Origin: an uncultured Actinomycetota bacterium
GTDB taxonomy: Bacteria; Actinomycetota; Actinomycetes; Actinomycetales; CAWJMD01
Length of the DNA stretch: 64,000 nucleotides
Direction: 5' to 3'
Assembly: GCA_963825505.1 (NCBI GenBank)
Contig: CAWGTL010000014.1
Coordinates: forward strand, 209,944 to 273,943
Below are positions 1 through 8,339 of this stretch, one piece after another. The stretch's first letter is position 1; each line of letters opens with the position of its first letter. A program made the position numbers and the translations under genes. The notes below the pieces were generated by a model that was given only the letters and a program-made list of their open reading frames with translations, searched no databases and was not told where the DNA came from.

Positions 1-1656
1 GCGGGCGATCCGGCACGCCGCCGCGATCGGCCCGTAGGTGGAGCCCCAGCCGAGGAAGAGCAGCGGTGCCGGTCCGACGCCGTTGGCCGCCCCCGGGTCG
101 TCGACCTCGAGGTCGGGCACCTGCACGCCATCGACCTTGGCGGCGCGCAGCCGGGTCATCAGCTCGTGGTTGTCGGGGTCGTACGAGATCTCGCCGGTGA
201 TGTGCGCCTTCTCGATGCCGCCGATCCTGTGCTCCAGACCGGCCACTCCCGGCGGTGCCCACGGGCGGGCCAGGGTGGCCTCGTCGCGCACGTACGGCAT
301 GAAGACGGGCTTGCCCTTGGCGTCCTCGGCGTTCGGCTCGCTGGCGAACTCGACCGTGAGGTCGGGCAGCGACGACACCGACGGCACGTGCCACGGCTCG
401 GAGCCGTTGGCGAGGTAGCCGTCCGAGAGCAGCAGCACCGGGGTGCGGTAGGTGATGGCGATCCGGACGGCCTCGACCGCGGCGTCGAAGCAGTCGACCG
501 GCGACTGCGGCGCCACGACCGGCACCGGCGCCTCGCCGTTGCGGCCGAACATCGCCTGCAGCAGGTCGGCCTGCTCGGTCTTGGTGGGCATCCCGGTCGA
601 CGGCCCGCCGCGCTGGACGTCGACGACGACGAGCGGCAGCTCGAGCGAGGCGGCCAGTCCGATCGTCTCGGCCTTGAGCGCCAGGCCCGGGCCGGACGTG
701 GACGTGACGCCGAGCGCCCCGCCGTACGCGGCGCCGAGCGCCATGCCGACGGCGCCGATCTCGTCCTCGGCCTGCAGGGTCGTGACGCCGTGGGACTTGA
801 GGCCGGAGAGCGTGTGCAGGATGTCGGACGCGGGGGTGATCGGGTACGAGCCGAGCACCAGCCGCAGGCCCGCGCGGTGGGCGGCGGCGACCAGGCCGTA
901 CGCGAGCGCGGTGTTGCCGGTGACGTTGCGGTAGGTGCCGGCCGGGCTCGGGGCGGGCGCGACGGTGTAGCGGACCGCGAAGCCCTCGATCGTCTCGCCG
1001 TAGGCCCAGCCGGCGCGCAGCGCGGTGAGGTTGGCCTCGAGGATCACCGGCTTGCGGGCGAACTTCGACACCAGGAACGCCTCGGTGCCGGTGGTCGGCC
1101 GGTCGTACAGCCACGACAGCAGGCCGAGGCTGAACATGTTCTTGCTGCGCTCGGCGTCCTTGCGGGTGAGATCGAGCCCCTCGAGCGCCTTCACCGTCAT
1201 CGACGTCAGCGGCAGCGCGTGCACCCGGTAGGACTCCAGCGAGCCGTCCTCGAGCGGGTCGGACGCGTAGCCGACCTTGGTCAGCGCGCGGGTGGTGAAC
1301 TCGTCCGAGTCGACGATGACGGTGCCCCCGCGGGGCAGGTCGCCGATGTTGGCCTTGAGCGCCGCCGGGTTCATGGCCACCAGCACGTCGGGCGCGTCGC
1401 CGGGGGTGAGGACGTCGTGGTCGGCGAAGTGCAGCTGGAAGCTGGAGACGCCCGGCAGCGTGCCCGCGGGGGCGCGGATCTCGGCGGGGAAGCTCGGCAG
1501 CGTCGCGAGGTCGTTGCCCAGCGCGGCGGTCTCGGCGGTGAACCGGTCGCCGGTGAGCTGCATGCCGTCGCCGGAGTCGCCGGCGAACCGGATCACGACG
1601 CGTTCCAGCGCCTCGACCGGACGATCGGTCGTGTCGGCCGTCTCCTGCGTCGTCAT
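1..1656 (-). CDS. korA: 2-oxoacid:ferredoxin oxidoreductase alpha subunit (KorA-like); C-terminus lies beyond the window edge
   Basis: My own minus-strand translation from the ATG (cat at 1654-1656) gives MTTQETADTTDRPVEALERVVIRFAGDSGDGMQLTGDRFTAETAALGNDLATLPSFPAEIRAPAGTLPGVSSFQLHFADHDVLTPGD... and stays open to base 1. It is missing from the ORF track because there is no stop inside the window. The 166..1788 + ORF is its antisense shadow. Confidence 0.85.
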   Translation of the reverse strand, partial: MTTQETADTTDRPVEALERVVIRFAGDSGDGMQLTGDRFTAETAALGNDLATLPSFPAEIRAPAGTLPGVSSFQLHFADHDVLTPGDAPDVLVAMNPAALKANIGDLPRGGTVIVDSDEFTTRALTKVGYASDPLEDGSLESYRVHALPLTSMTVKALEGLDLTRKDAERSKNMFSLGLLSWLYDRPTTGTEAFLVSKFARKPVILEANLTALRAGWAYGETIEGFAVRYTVAPAPSPAGTYRNVTGNTALAYGLVAAAHRAGLRLVLGSYPITPASDILHTLSGLKSHGVTTLQAEDEIGAVGMALGAAYGGALGVTSTSGPGLALKAETIGLAASLELPLVVVDVQRGGPSTGMPTKTEQADLLQAMFGRNGEAPVPVVAPQSPVDCFDAAVEAVRIAITYRTPVLLLSDGYLANGSEPWHVPSVSSLPDLTVEFASEPNAEDAKGKPVFMPYVRDEATLARPWAPPGVAGLEHRIGGIEKAHITGEISYDPDNHELMTRLRAAKVDGVQVPDLEVDDPGAANGVGPAPLLFLGWGSTYGPIAAACRIAR

Positions 1657-1813
1657 CGCGTCCCTTACCGTCGTCGCGCCGTAAAGTCCAGCATCTCTCC
1701 CTACGCCATCGTAGGCTCCCGTCTCCGCGCGGGCGCGCAGGCCCAGCAGCTGGGATGCGGATCGGCGGACCGACGGGGTGCATCTTGACGCGCTCGCACC
1801 GAGGCATCATGAT

Positions 1814-2074
1814 GTGTCGGTGCGGACCACCCTGACCATCGACGACGACGTCGCGCGTCTGATCGACGAGGCCGTCCACCGCGAGCGCCGCCCGATGAAG
1901 CAGGTGGTCAACGACGCCCTGCGGCGTGCCCTCGAGCCGGCCGTGGCGGCTGAGCGGTTCACGGTCGAGGTGCACCACTCCGCGCTCGTCGCGGGCATCG
2001 ATCCCGGGGCGCTGAACGGGCTGGCCGACGACCTCGCCGACGACGACCAGATCGCCTCGGCCACGCGCGGGTGA
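1814..2074 (+). CDS. vapB: Type II antitoxin VapB (ribbon-helix-helix type)
   Basis: The ORF 1778..2074 contains VSVRTTLTIDDDVARLIDEAVHRERRPMKQVVNDALRRAL, typical of an RHH antitoxin. A GTG at 1814 is the likely start. The stop overlaps the vapC ATG (ATGA at 2071-2074). Confidence 0.7.
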   Translation: MSVRTTLTIDDDVARLIDEAVHRERRPMKQVVNDALRRALEPAVAAERFTVEVHHSALVAGIDPGALNGLADDLADDDQIASATRG

Positions 2075-2499
2075 TCGTTCCCGACGTCAACCTGCTGCTG
2101 TACGCCCACACCGACGCGTTCCGCGCCCACGAGAGAGCACGCGCGTGGTGGGAGCAGGCGATGTCCGGCACCCGCGCCGTCGGGCTGTGCGACGCCACCG
2201 TCCTGGGCTTCCTCCGGCTCGTCACCAGTCGTCGCGTGCTCTCGACGCCGATGGCCGCCGATCGTGCGGTCGGGCTCGTCGAGGGGTGGCTCGACCGACC
2301 CGTCACCCGGTACCTGACCTCCGACGAGCGGCACGTCCGGGTGACGCTCGGGCTGCTGCGGCAGGCGGGTGTCGCGGGCAACCTCACGACCGACGCGCAG
2401 ATCGCGGCGCACGCCCTGGTCTCGGACGGCGAGGTCCATTCCAACGACACCGACTTCGGCCGCTTCGCTGACCTGCGCTGGGTGAACCCGCTCGCCTGA
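2071..2499 (+). CDS. vapC: PIN-domain toxin VapC
   Basis: MIVPDVNLLLYAH...TTDAQIAAHALVSDGEVHSNDTDFGRF shows the PIN acidic-residue pattern (D5, TDA, NDxDF). The start has a 4-nt overlap with the antitoxin stop. Confidence 0.8.
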   Translation: MIVPDVNLLLYAHTDAFRAHERARAWWEQAMSGTRAVGLCDATVLGFLRLVTSRRVLSTPMAADRAVGLVEGWLDRPVTRYLTSDERHVRVTLGLLRQAGVAGNLTTDAQIAAHALVSDGEVHSNDTDFGRFADLRWVNPLA

Positions 2500-2504
2500 C
2501 GACG

Positions 2505-3317
2505 TCAGCGACGGGGGCCGAGTACCCCGCTCGCGTGGTCGGGCACCTGGCGGTAGCGCTCCCGCGGGGGGCGCTGGTAGTCCTGCGCCGGGGGTCGCTC
2601 GGGCAGCTCCACCGGCGCCGGTGGGGTGGCGACGTACGGCACGCTCGACAGCAGGTGGGCGATCATGTTGAGCCTGGCCTCGCGCTTGACGTCGGCCTCC
2701 ACCACGTACCAGGGCGAGACCTCGGTGTCGGTGCGCTCGAACATCTCGTCCTTGGCGCGGGAGAACTCCACCCACCGGTCCCGCGTGGCGAGGTCGTTGG
2801 CCGAGAACTTCCAGCGCCGCAGCGGGTCCTCGACCCGGGACCGGAACCGCCGCTCCTGCTCGTCGTCGCTGACCGAGAACCAGTACTTGCGCAGCAGGAT
2901 GCCGTCCTCGATGAGCATCTGCTCGAACGCCGGGCACTGCCGCAGGAACAGCTCGACCTCGTCCGGGGAGCAGTAGCCCATCACCCGCTCGACGCCGGCG
3001 CGGTTGTACCAGGACCGGTCGAACAGCACGATCTCGCCGGCGGCCGGGAGGTGCTCGACGTAGCGCTGGAAGTACCACTGCGTCCGCTCCCGCTCGGTCG
3101 GCGTCGGCAGCGCGACCACGCGCACGACCCGCGGGTTGAGGTACTGGGTGATCCGGGTGATCGCCCCGCCCTTGCCGGCGGCGTCGCGTCCCTCGAACAG
3201 CACCACGACCCGCTCACCGGTGTCACGCACCCAGGTCTGCAGCTGGACCAGCTCCTGCTGCAGCCGCACCAGCTCGGCCTCGTAGCGCTCGCGCCGGCGC
3301 TGCTTCTGCGACCCCAT
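2505..3317 (-). CDS. ppk2: Polyphosphate kinase 2 (PPK2)
   Basis: The 270-aa ORF contains VVVLFEGRDAAGKGGAI (Walker A), FDRSWYNRAGVERVMG and RWKFSANDL, which are PPK2 hallmarks. Confidence 0.85.
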   Translation of the reverse strand: MGSQKQRRRERYEAELVRLQQELVQLQTWVRDTGERVVVLFEGRDAAGKGGAITRITQYLNPRVVRVVALPTPTERERTQWYFQRYVEHLPAAGEIVLFDRSWYNRAGVERVMGYCSPDEVELFLRQCPAFEQMLIEDGILLRKYWFSVSDDEQERRFRSRVEDPLRRWKFSANDLATRDRWVEFSRAKDEMFERTDTEVSPWYVVEADVKREARLNMIAHLLSSVPYVATPPAPVELPERPPAQDYQRPPRERYRQVPDHASGVLGPRR

Positions 3318-3326
3318 CTGCCGAGG

Positions 3327-4166
3327 CTAGGGCCGTCGGGGCTCGAACGCGCTGACGACGGCCAGGAGGTCGGCGACCTCGCCGTCGGTGAGCCCGGCCT
3401 GCAGCTCGTGCAACCGGTCGGCGAGCTCGCCGTCGGCCAGCGGACGGTGCTCGGTCGGCTCGCCGGGGCGCCGGACGGTGAGGTGGTCGTGGGTCACCGT
3501 CGTGTGCACGCCGTCCCCGGTGCGCGTGAGCATCAGCCCGTGCCGGAAGTGCGTGGTCGGGTGCGTGCTGGTCCAGTGGTGGCCGAGCGCGAGGTCCACC
3601 GGCCGCACCGGCAGGTCGTCGGTCGTGTGCATGAGCTCCCAGGCGCCGTCGCGGTGCCGCTGCAGCTCCCAGGCCGGCCCGCTCTGCGGGGTGTCGACGC
3701 GCAGCAGCCGGTACGCCCAGCCGCCGGTGTCCTCCTGGGCGCCGTCGGCCAGCGTGATCGGGCGCAGCAGGCTCATCCCGAAGCCGGGGTCCGCGAGCAC
3801 CCGCTCGCCGTCGAGGTCGACCAGCACCACCGCGTGCGTGCGCGGCGAGGCGTTCACGTCACCCACGCGGGCGAGCCTGCGCTCGACCCGGTATCCCAGC
3901 CGCTGCAGCACGGCGGCGAGCAGGGTCGCGTGCTCGAAGCAGTAGCCACCGCGCCCTCGTCCGACGAACTTGCCCTGCACGGCGTCGAGGCCGACGCCGG
4001 GGTGGGTGCCGAGCAGCACGTCGACGTTGTCGAAGGTGAAACGGCGCACGTGGGCGAGGTACAGCTCGTCGAGCGCGGTCCGCGAGGGCGGGCGTCGGTC
4101 CACGCCGACCCGCTCGAGGTAGGCGGGCAGGTCGAGGCGGTCCACGCCCCAGGCGTCCGTGCTCAC
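3327..4166 (-). CDS. nat: Arylamine N-acetyltransferase
   Basis: The C-terminal 279 aa of ORF 3327..4502 read VSTDAWGVDRLDLPAYLERVGV...FDNVDVLLG...RGGYCFEHATLL...HAVVLVDLDG...ADPGFG, giving a Cys-His-Asp NAT pattern. I take the GTG (cac at 4164-4166) as the start. The upstream part of the ORF runs into the tandem repeat and is not coding. Confidence 0.8.
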   Translation of the reverse strand: MSTDAWGVDRLDLPAYLERVGVDRRPPSRTALDELYLAHVRRFTFDNVDVLLGTHPGVGLDAVQGKFVGRGRGGYCFEHATLLAAVLQRLGYRVERRLARVGDVNASPRTHAVVLVDLDGERVLADPGFGMSLLRPITLADGAQEDTGGWAYRLLRVDTPQSGPAWELQRHRDGAWELMHTTDDLPVRPVDLALGHHWTSTHPTTHFRHGLMLTRTGDGVHTTVTHDHLTVRRPGEPTEHRPLADGELADRLHELQAGLTDGEVADLLAVVSAFEPRRP

Positions 4167-4228
4167 GGCGGCCACGATGCCACCTCTTGACCTCGGGGTG
4201 ACGATGGTCGTGGTGGAAGGAGGACGTG

Positions 4229-4339
4229 ATGACGACGTTCCTCGCACGGATGCGCTGGGTGGTGCTCTCGGTCGCGGCGGCGTGGCTGCTGGCCGGGTGC
4301 CCGGGCGGCTCGGGAGGGGGCTCCGGCGGGGGGTACTGA
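4229..4339 (+). CDS. Candidate 36-aa mini-lipoprotein
   Basis: This ORF is too short for the track. ATG 4229 is preceded by a strong SD, ggaaggagga (4216-4225). The product is MTTFLARMRWVVLSVAAAWLLAGCPGGSGGGSGGGY*, with a signal peptide and an LAGC lipobox. The mature part would be only 13 aa and Gly/Ser-rich. Confidence 0.4.
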   Translation: MTTFLARMRWVVLSVAAAWLLAGCPGGSGGGSGGGY

Positions 4340-4359
4340 CCTCCCCGTCGCCCGCGCAC

Positions 4360-4597
4360 CCACCACGAGGGTCGGCGTGCGCTCGTAGGACGGCGAGCGT
4401 TCTGCCACCACGAGGGTCGGCGTGCGCTCGTAGGACGGCGAGCGGTGCTGCCACCACGAGGGTCGGCGTGCGCTCGTAGGACGGCGAGCGTTCTGCCACC
4501 ACGAGGGTCGGCGTGCGCTCGTAGGACGGCGAGCGGTGCTGCCACCACGAGGGTCGGCGTGCGCTCGTAGGACGGCGAGCGTTCTGCCACCACTAGG
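4360..4597. repeat. Tandem repeat: five full units alternating 45 and 46 bp (91-bp super-unit), plus a degenerate sixth unit that contains the nuoA start
   Basis: The unit is ccaccacgagggtcggcgtgcgctcgtaggacggcgagcg(ttctg|gtgctg). Units begin at 4360, 4405, 4451, 4496 and 4542. A degenerate copy begins at 4587 (ccaccactaggctcggcgcGTGctcgcg). Copies are essentially identical apart from the alternating tail. Confidence 0.95.
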
Positions 4598-4605
4598 CTC
4601 GGCGC

Positions 4606-4992
4606 GTGCTCGCGTCCGCAGCCACGACGGCCCAGGACCCCGGCGGCTACGTCGTGGTCGGGGCCGTGGTGCTCGCCGGGCTCCTGCTCGTCGCGGGTGG
4701 TCTGGGCGCCAACCGGCTGCTGCGCCCGAGCGCCCCGAGCGCCGGCAAGGCCGCGACCTACGAGTCCGGGGTCGACCCGGTCGGCGAGGGCTGGGCGCAG
4801 ACCAACGTCCGCTACTACCTGTACGCCTACCTCTACGTCGTGTTCGCCGTCGACGCCGTGTACCTGTTCCCCTGGGCGACCGTGGTCGAGCTGTACGCCT
4901 GGCCCACGGTGCTGACGATGGCCGTCTTCCTCGGCATCCTCGCGGTCGGGCTCCTGCACGTCTGGCGGGCGGGGGTGCTGCGATGGCGCTGA
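4606..4992 (+). CDS. nuoA: NADH-quinone oxidoreductase subunit A
   Basis: The 128-aa product contains [40 protein letters not shown], a NuoA signature. The start is GTG. Confidence 0.9.
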   Translation: MLASAATTAQDPGGYVVVGAVVLAGLLLVAGGLGANRLLRPSAPSAGKAATYESGVDPVGEGWAQTNVRYYLYAYLYVVFAVDAVYLFPWATVVELYAWPTVLTMAVFLGILAVGLLHVWRAGVLRWR

Positions 4993-5537
4993 CCCCCCTC
5001 CCGGCGCCCGGCCCGCGCCCCGGTCTGGTCCAGGTGGAGCACCAGGGCTCGAGCATCGGCCCGGCCCAGCAGCTCGCGCCCGACCCCGTGCGCTTCGTCC
5101 TCAACTGGGGGCGCCGCTACAGCCTGTGGGTCTTCAACTTCGGTCTGGCCTGCTGCGCGATCGAGTTCATCGCGGCGTCGATGTCCAAGCACGACTTCAT
5201 CCGGCTCGGCGTCATCCCCTTCGCCCCGGGCCCGCGGCAGGCCGACCTGATGGTGGTGTCGGGCACCGTCACCGACAAGATGGCGCCCGCGATCCGCCGG
5301 CTGTACGACCAGATGCCGGAGCCGAAGTACGTCATCTCCTTCGGCGCGTGCTCCAACTCCGGCGGCCCGTACTGGGACTCGTACTGCGTCACCAAGGGTG
5401 TCGACCAGATCGTGCCGGTCGACGTGTACGTGCCCGGCTGCCCGCCGCGGCCCGAGGCGCTGCTGCACGGCATCGTCACCCTCCAGAACAAGATCGCCGA
5501 GGAGCACCTCGGCCGGCGGTACGGCCAGGACGCATGA
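4983..5537 (+). CDS. nuoB: NADH-quinone oxidoreductase subunit B
   Basis: From the internal ATG 4983, which overlaps the nuoA stop: ...[16 protein letters not shown]...[11 protein letters not shown]...[11 protein letters not shown]. All cluster-N2 cysteines are present. Confidence 0.9.
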   Translation: MALTPLPAPGPRPGLVQVEHQGSSIGPAQQLAPDPVRFVLNWGRRYSLWVFNFGLACCAIEFIAASMSKHDFIRLGVIPFAPGPRQADLMVVSGTVTDKMAPAIRRLYDQMPEPKYVISFGACSNSGGPYWDSYCVTKGVDQIVPVDVYVPGCPPRPEALLHGIVTLQNKIAEEHLGRRYGQDA

Positions 5538-5599
5538 GCGAGCGCAGCGAGCGAGTCATCAGGCACAGGCCCCTGCTCATGGCGAGGCACGAGCCGTGA
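5534..5599 (+). repeat. Intercistronic 66-nt mini-ORF element, copy 1 ([21 protein letters not shown])
   Basis: ATGA at 5534-5537 overlaps the nuoB stop, and GTGA at 5596-5599 overlaps the nuoC start. The sequence is ATGAGCGAGCGCAGCGAGCGAGTCATCAGGCACAGGCCCCTGCTCATGGCGAGGCACGAGCCGTGA. It is homologous to the copies at 10888 and 57768. Confidence 0.9.
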
Positions 5600-6264
5600 G
5601 CATCGCGTGGCCCGAGGGGGTGCAGGTCGAGGAGTCGGACGCGTCCGGCACCCCGTGCTACGACGTGCCGGCGGATCGCTGGGTCGAGTCTGTGACCGCC
5701 TGCCACGCAGCGGGTTTCACGTACTTCGACTGGTTGTCGGCCGTCGACGAGCCCGACGCCGTGGGCGACCGCCCCGCCGGCGCCGACGTGGTCGCGCACC
5801 TCGTCGCGCTTCAGCCGCTACGAAGGATCCTGCTGCGTGCGAGGGTCGCGGCGGACGACGCGGAGATCGCCAGCCTGACGGCGGTCTTCGCCGGCGCGGC
5901 GTGGCACGAGCGCGAGACGCACGAGATGTTCGGGATCGGCTTCACCGGTTTCGACGACGGGTCCGGGTCGGGGCTGCGACCGCTCCTGCTCCCGGACGGC
6001 TTCGAGGGCACCCCGCTGCGCAAGTCCTTCGTCCTGGCGGCGCGGGCCGCCAAGGCCTGGCCGGGTGCGAAGGAGCCTGGCGAGGGAGGGGACGGCCACG
6101 CCGCCTCGCCGTCCCGCCGCAAGCTGCTGCCGCCCGGCGTGCCGGACGCGGCCACCTGGGGTCCGCGCGACCCGGGCGAGCCGGCCGGTCCGGTCGACAC
6201 CGCGGTCGAGGACACCACCACGACCGCCACGACCTCGGACGAGGGGTCCGACGGTGCTGGCTGA
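5596..6264 (+). CDS. nuoC: NADH-quinone oxidoreductase subunit C-like, with a low-complexity C-terminal tail
   Basis: From the GTG at 5596: VSIAWPEGV...FDWLSAVDE...AAWHERETHEMFGIGFTG...LLLPDGFEGTPLRKSF...KAWPGAKEPGE. A roughly 60-aa Pro/Thr/Asp-rich tail follows. Confidence 0.8.
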   Translation: MSIAWPEGVQVEESDASGTPCYDVPADRWVESVTACHAAGFTYFDWLSAVDEPDAVGDRPAGADVVAHLVALQPLRRILLRARVAADDAEIASLTAVFAGAAWHERETHEMFGIGFTGFDDGSGSGLRPLLLPDGFEGTPLRKSFVLAARAAKAWPGAKEPGEGGDGHAASPSRRKLLPPGVPDAATWGPRDPGEPAGPVDTAVEDTTTTATTSDEGSDGAG

Positions 6265-7213
6265 CGTGGTCGAGGTGGTGCTGCGGGCGGTCTGCGTCCT
6301 GACCGCCTTCCTGGTGCTGCCGCTCCTGGTCGGTCAGACCGAGCACAAGGTGATGGCGCACATGCAGGGCCGGCTCGGTCCGATGTACGCCGGTTCGTTC
6401 CACGGGTGGGCGCAGCTGGTGGCCGACGGCGTGAAGTTCGTGCAGAAGGAGGACTCCGTCCCGGCGGCCGCCGACAGCACGGTGTTCAAGCTCGCGCCGG
6501 GCGTCGCGCTGGTCCCCTACCTGGTGGCGCTGGCGGCGATCCCGCTCGCGCCGGGCGTGGTGGGTGCGGACGTCGACGCCGGGCTGCTGTTCGTCCTGGC
6601 GGTGTCGGCGGTGGGGGTGCTCGGGACGCTGATGGGCGGCTGGGCCAGCGGCAACAAGTACTCGCTGCTCGGGGGGATGCGCACAGCCGCACAGCTTCTC
6701 GCGTACGAGCTCCCGCTCGTGCTGGCAGCCACCTCGGTCGCCATGGCGGCCGGGACGCTCAACCTGAGTGCGATCGCCGAGTCGTGGCAGTGGTGGTGGC
6801 TGATCTGGCAGGCCCCCGCCGCGCTGGTCTTCCTCGTGGCGGGGGTGGCCGAGCTGCAGCGCCCGCCGTTCGACATGCCGATCGCCGACGCCGAGCTGGT
6901 GATGGGTCCCTACACCGAGTACGGCGGCCTGCGGTTCGCGTTCTTCCTGCTCGCGGAGTACGCCGGGATCGTCGTGCTGGCAGGGCTGTTCACCGTCCTG
7001 TTCCTCGGCGGGTGGGCCGGCCCGTTCGCCGAGGTGCTCGGCTGGCTGTGGACGCTCGTCAAGGTCGCGCTGGTCTCGTTCGTCGTGATCTGGATCCGGG
7101 TCGCGTGGCCGCGGCTGCGCGAGGACCAGCTGCAGCGGCTCGCCTGGGTCGTCCTGGTGCCGGTCGCGCTCGGCCAGCTCGCGCTGACGGCGGTCGTGGT
7201 GGTGGCGCTGTGA
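6254..7213 (+). CDS. nuoH: NADH-quinone oxidoreductase subunit H
   Basis: From the GTG at 6254 (11-nt overlap with nuoC): [13 protein letters not shown]...[17 protein letters not shown]...[26 protein letters not shown]...[17 protein letters not shown]...[15 protein letters not shown]. Confidence 0.9.
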   Translation: MLADVVEVVLRAVCVLTAFLVLPLLVGQTEHKVMAHMQGRLGPMYAGSFHGWAQLVADGVKFVQKEDSVPAAADSTVFKLAPGVALVPYLVALAAIPLAPGVVGADVDAGLLFVLAVSAVGVLGTLMGGWASGNKYSLLGGMRTAAQLLAYELPLVLAATSVAMAAGTLNLSAIAESWQWWWLIWQAPAALVFLVAGVAELQRPPFDMPIADAELVMGPYTEYGGLRFAFFLLAEYAGIVVLAGLFTVLFLGGWAGPFAEVLGWLWTLVKVALVSFVVIWIRVAWPRLREDQLQRLAWVVLVPVALGQLALTAVVVVAL

Positions 7214-7803
7214 GCGAGGTGGAGAAGGGGGCGGGCCCGCTGCGAGGTCTCGCGCGCGGCCTCGCCGTCACGCTGCGCACGCTCGGGAAGCCGGTCGTCA
7301 CCGCCGAGTACCCCGAGGTCGCGCCGCTGCTGCCGCCGCGCAGCCGGGGAGTGATCGCGCTGCTCGAGGAGAACTGCACCGTCTGCATGCTGTGCGCGCG
7401 CGAGTGCCCCGACTGGTGCATCTACATCGACTCGCACAAGGAGACCGTCGTCGTCGAGGGCGCCGCCCGCGACCGGCAGCGCAACGTGCTCGACCGCTTC
7501 GCCATCGACTTCTCGTTGTGCATGTACTGCGGCATCTGCATCGAGGTGTGCCCGTTCGACGCGCTGTTCTGGTCGCCCCAGTTCGAGTACTCGGGCACCG
7601 ACATCGGCGACCTCACGCACGAGCGGGAGCGTCTGCGCGAGTGGATGTGGACGGTGCCGCCGCCGCCAGCGCTGGACCCCGCCGCCCCCGCCGCCAAGGA
7701 GACCGAGGCCGCCACCCGCCCGGCCCGGTCGGCGCGTCCGGAGCGTCCGGCGCGTCCGGCCCGTCCGAGCGCCGGACCTCCGACGCCCGAGGACGACGCG
7801 TGA
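7210..7803 (+). CDS. nuoI: NADH-quinone oxidoreductase subunit I (2x[4Fe-4S]) with a repetitive Arg/Pro tail
   Basis: GTGA overlaps the nuoH stop. The product contains [12 protein letters not shown] and [12 protein letters not shown] ferredoxin motifs. The C-terminal tail is ...[18 protein letters not shown].... Confidence 0.9.
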   Translation: MSEVEKGAGPLRGLARGLAVTLRTLGKPVVTAEYPEVAPLLPPRSRGVIALLEENCTVCMLCARECPDWCIYIDSHKETVVVEGAARDRQRNVLDRFAIDFSLCMYCGICIEVCPFDALFWSPQFEYSGTDIGDLTHERERLREWMWTVPPPPALDPAAPAAKETEAATRPARSARPERPARPARPSAGPPTPEDDA

Positions 7804-8339
7804 CCGCCCTCGACGTCGTCCTCGGCGCCTGCGCCCTGCTGACGGCCGCGGCCGGAGCGCTGGCCGTGACGAGCAGCCGGGTGGTGCACGCCGCGCTGTG
7901 GCTGGTCGTCGCGCTCGGCGGGCTCGCGGGCGTGTACCTGCTCCTCGGCGCCGAGGTCGTCGCCCTGGTGCAGCTGCTGGTCTACGTCGGTGCGGTCGTC
8001 GTGCTCGTGCTGTTCGCCCTGATGCTCACCCGCGCCCCCACCGGTCCCACGCCGCAGAGCGGTGGCACCGACGACCTCGACTCCCCGCGTCCGGTCCGGT
8101 GGCTCGCCGCGGTCACCGGGTTCGCCACGGCCGTGCTCGTCACCGGGGCCCTGGTCGCCACCTCGGGAGCCGGGACCTTCGTCGAGCGCGACGCGAGCCG
8201 CGGCGCCGCCCGACCGCTGGGAGAGAGCCTGTTCGGCAGCTGGGTGCTGCCGTTCGAGCTGCTCTCGGTGCTGCTGCTCGCGGCACTGGTGGCCGCCGTC
8301 GCGGTGAGCCGCGGTCGTGACGACGAGGACGGTGCGTGA
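7800..8339 (+). CDS. nuoJ: NADH-quinone oxidoreductase subunit J
   Basis: GTGA overlaps the nuoI stop. The product reads [14 protein letters not shown]...[21 protein letters not shown]...[17 protein letters not shown]. Confidence 0.85.
   Translation: MTALDVVLGACALLTAAAGALAVTSSRVVHAALWLVVALGGLAGVYLLLGAEVVALVQLLVYVGAVVVLVLFALMLTRAPTGPTPQSGGTDDLDSPRPVRWLAAVTGFATAVLVTGALVATSGAGTFVERDASRGAARPLGESLFGSWVLPFELLSVLLLAALVAAVAVSRGRDDEDGA

Noticed and set aside
166-1788. A 540-aa + strand ORF, plus the overlapping 452..934 and 1277..1684 ORFs.
   Set aside because: The composition is Arg/Gly/Asp/Val-rich with no recognisable motifs. These ORFs are antisense shadows of the clearly KorA-like minus-strand gene, which is typical of high-GC DNA.
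2535-4190. A 551-aa + strand ORF spanning ppk2 and nat.
   Set aside because: It is antisense to two well-supported minus-strand genes, and the sequence is low-complexity and Arg/Gly/Pro-rich.
4360-4597. Whether the tandem array is a CRISPR array.
   Set aside because: The units are directly adjacent with no unique spacers, the period is 45/46 bp, and there are no cas genes in the window. It is a plain tandem (VNTR-like) repeat.
6000-6264. A search for a hidden nuoD, or a nuoC-nuoD fusion, in the nuoC tail or in other frames between nuoC and nuoH.
   Set aside because: The nuoC tail is about 60 aa of Pro/Thr/Asp low complexity, and nuoH overlaps its stop. No frame here shows NuoD-like sequence. 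NuoD would need about 400 aa.
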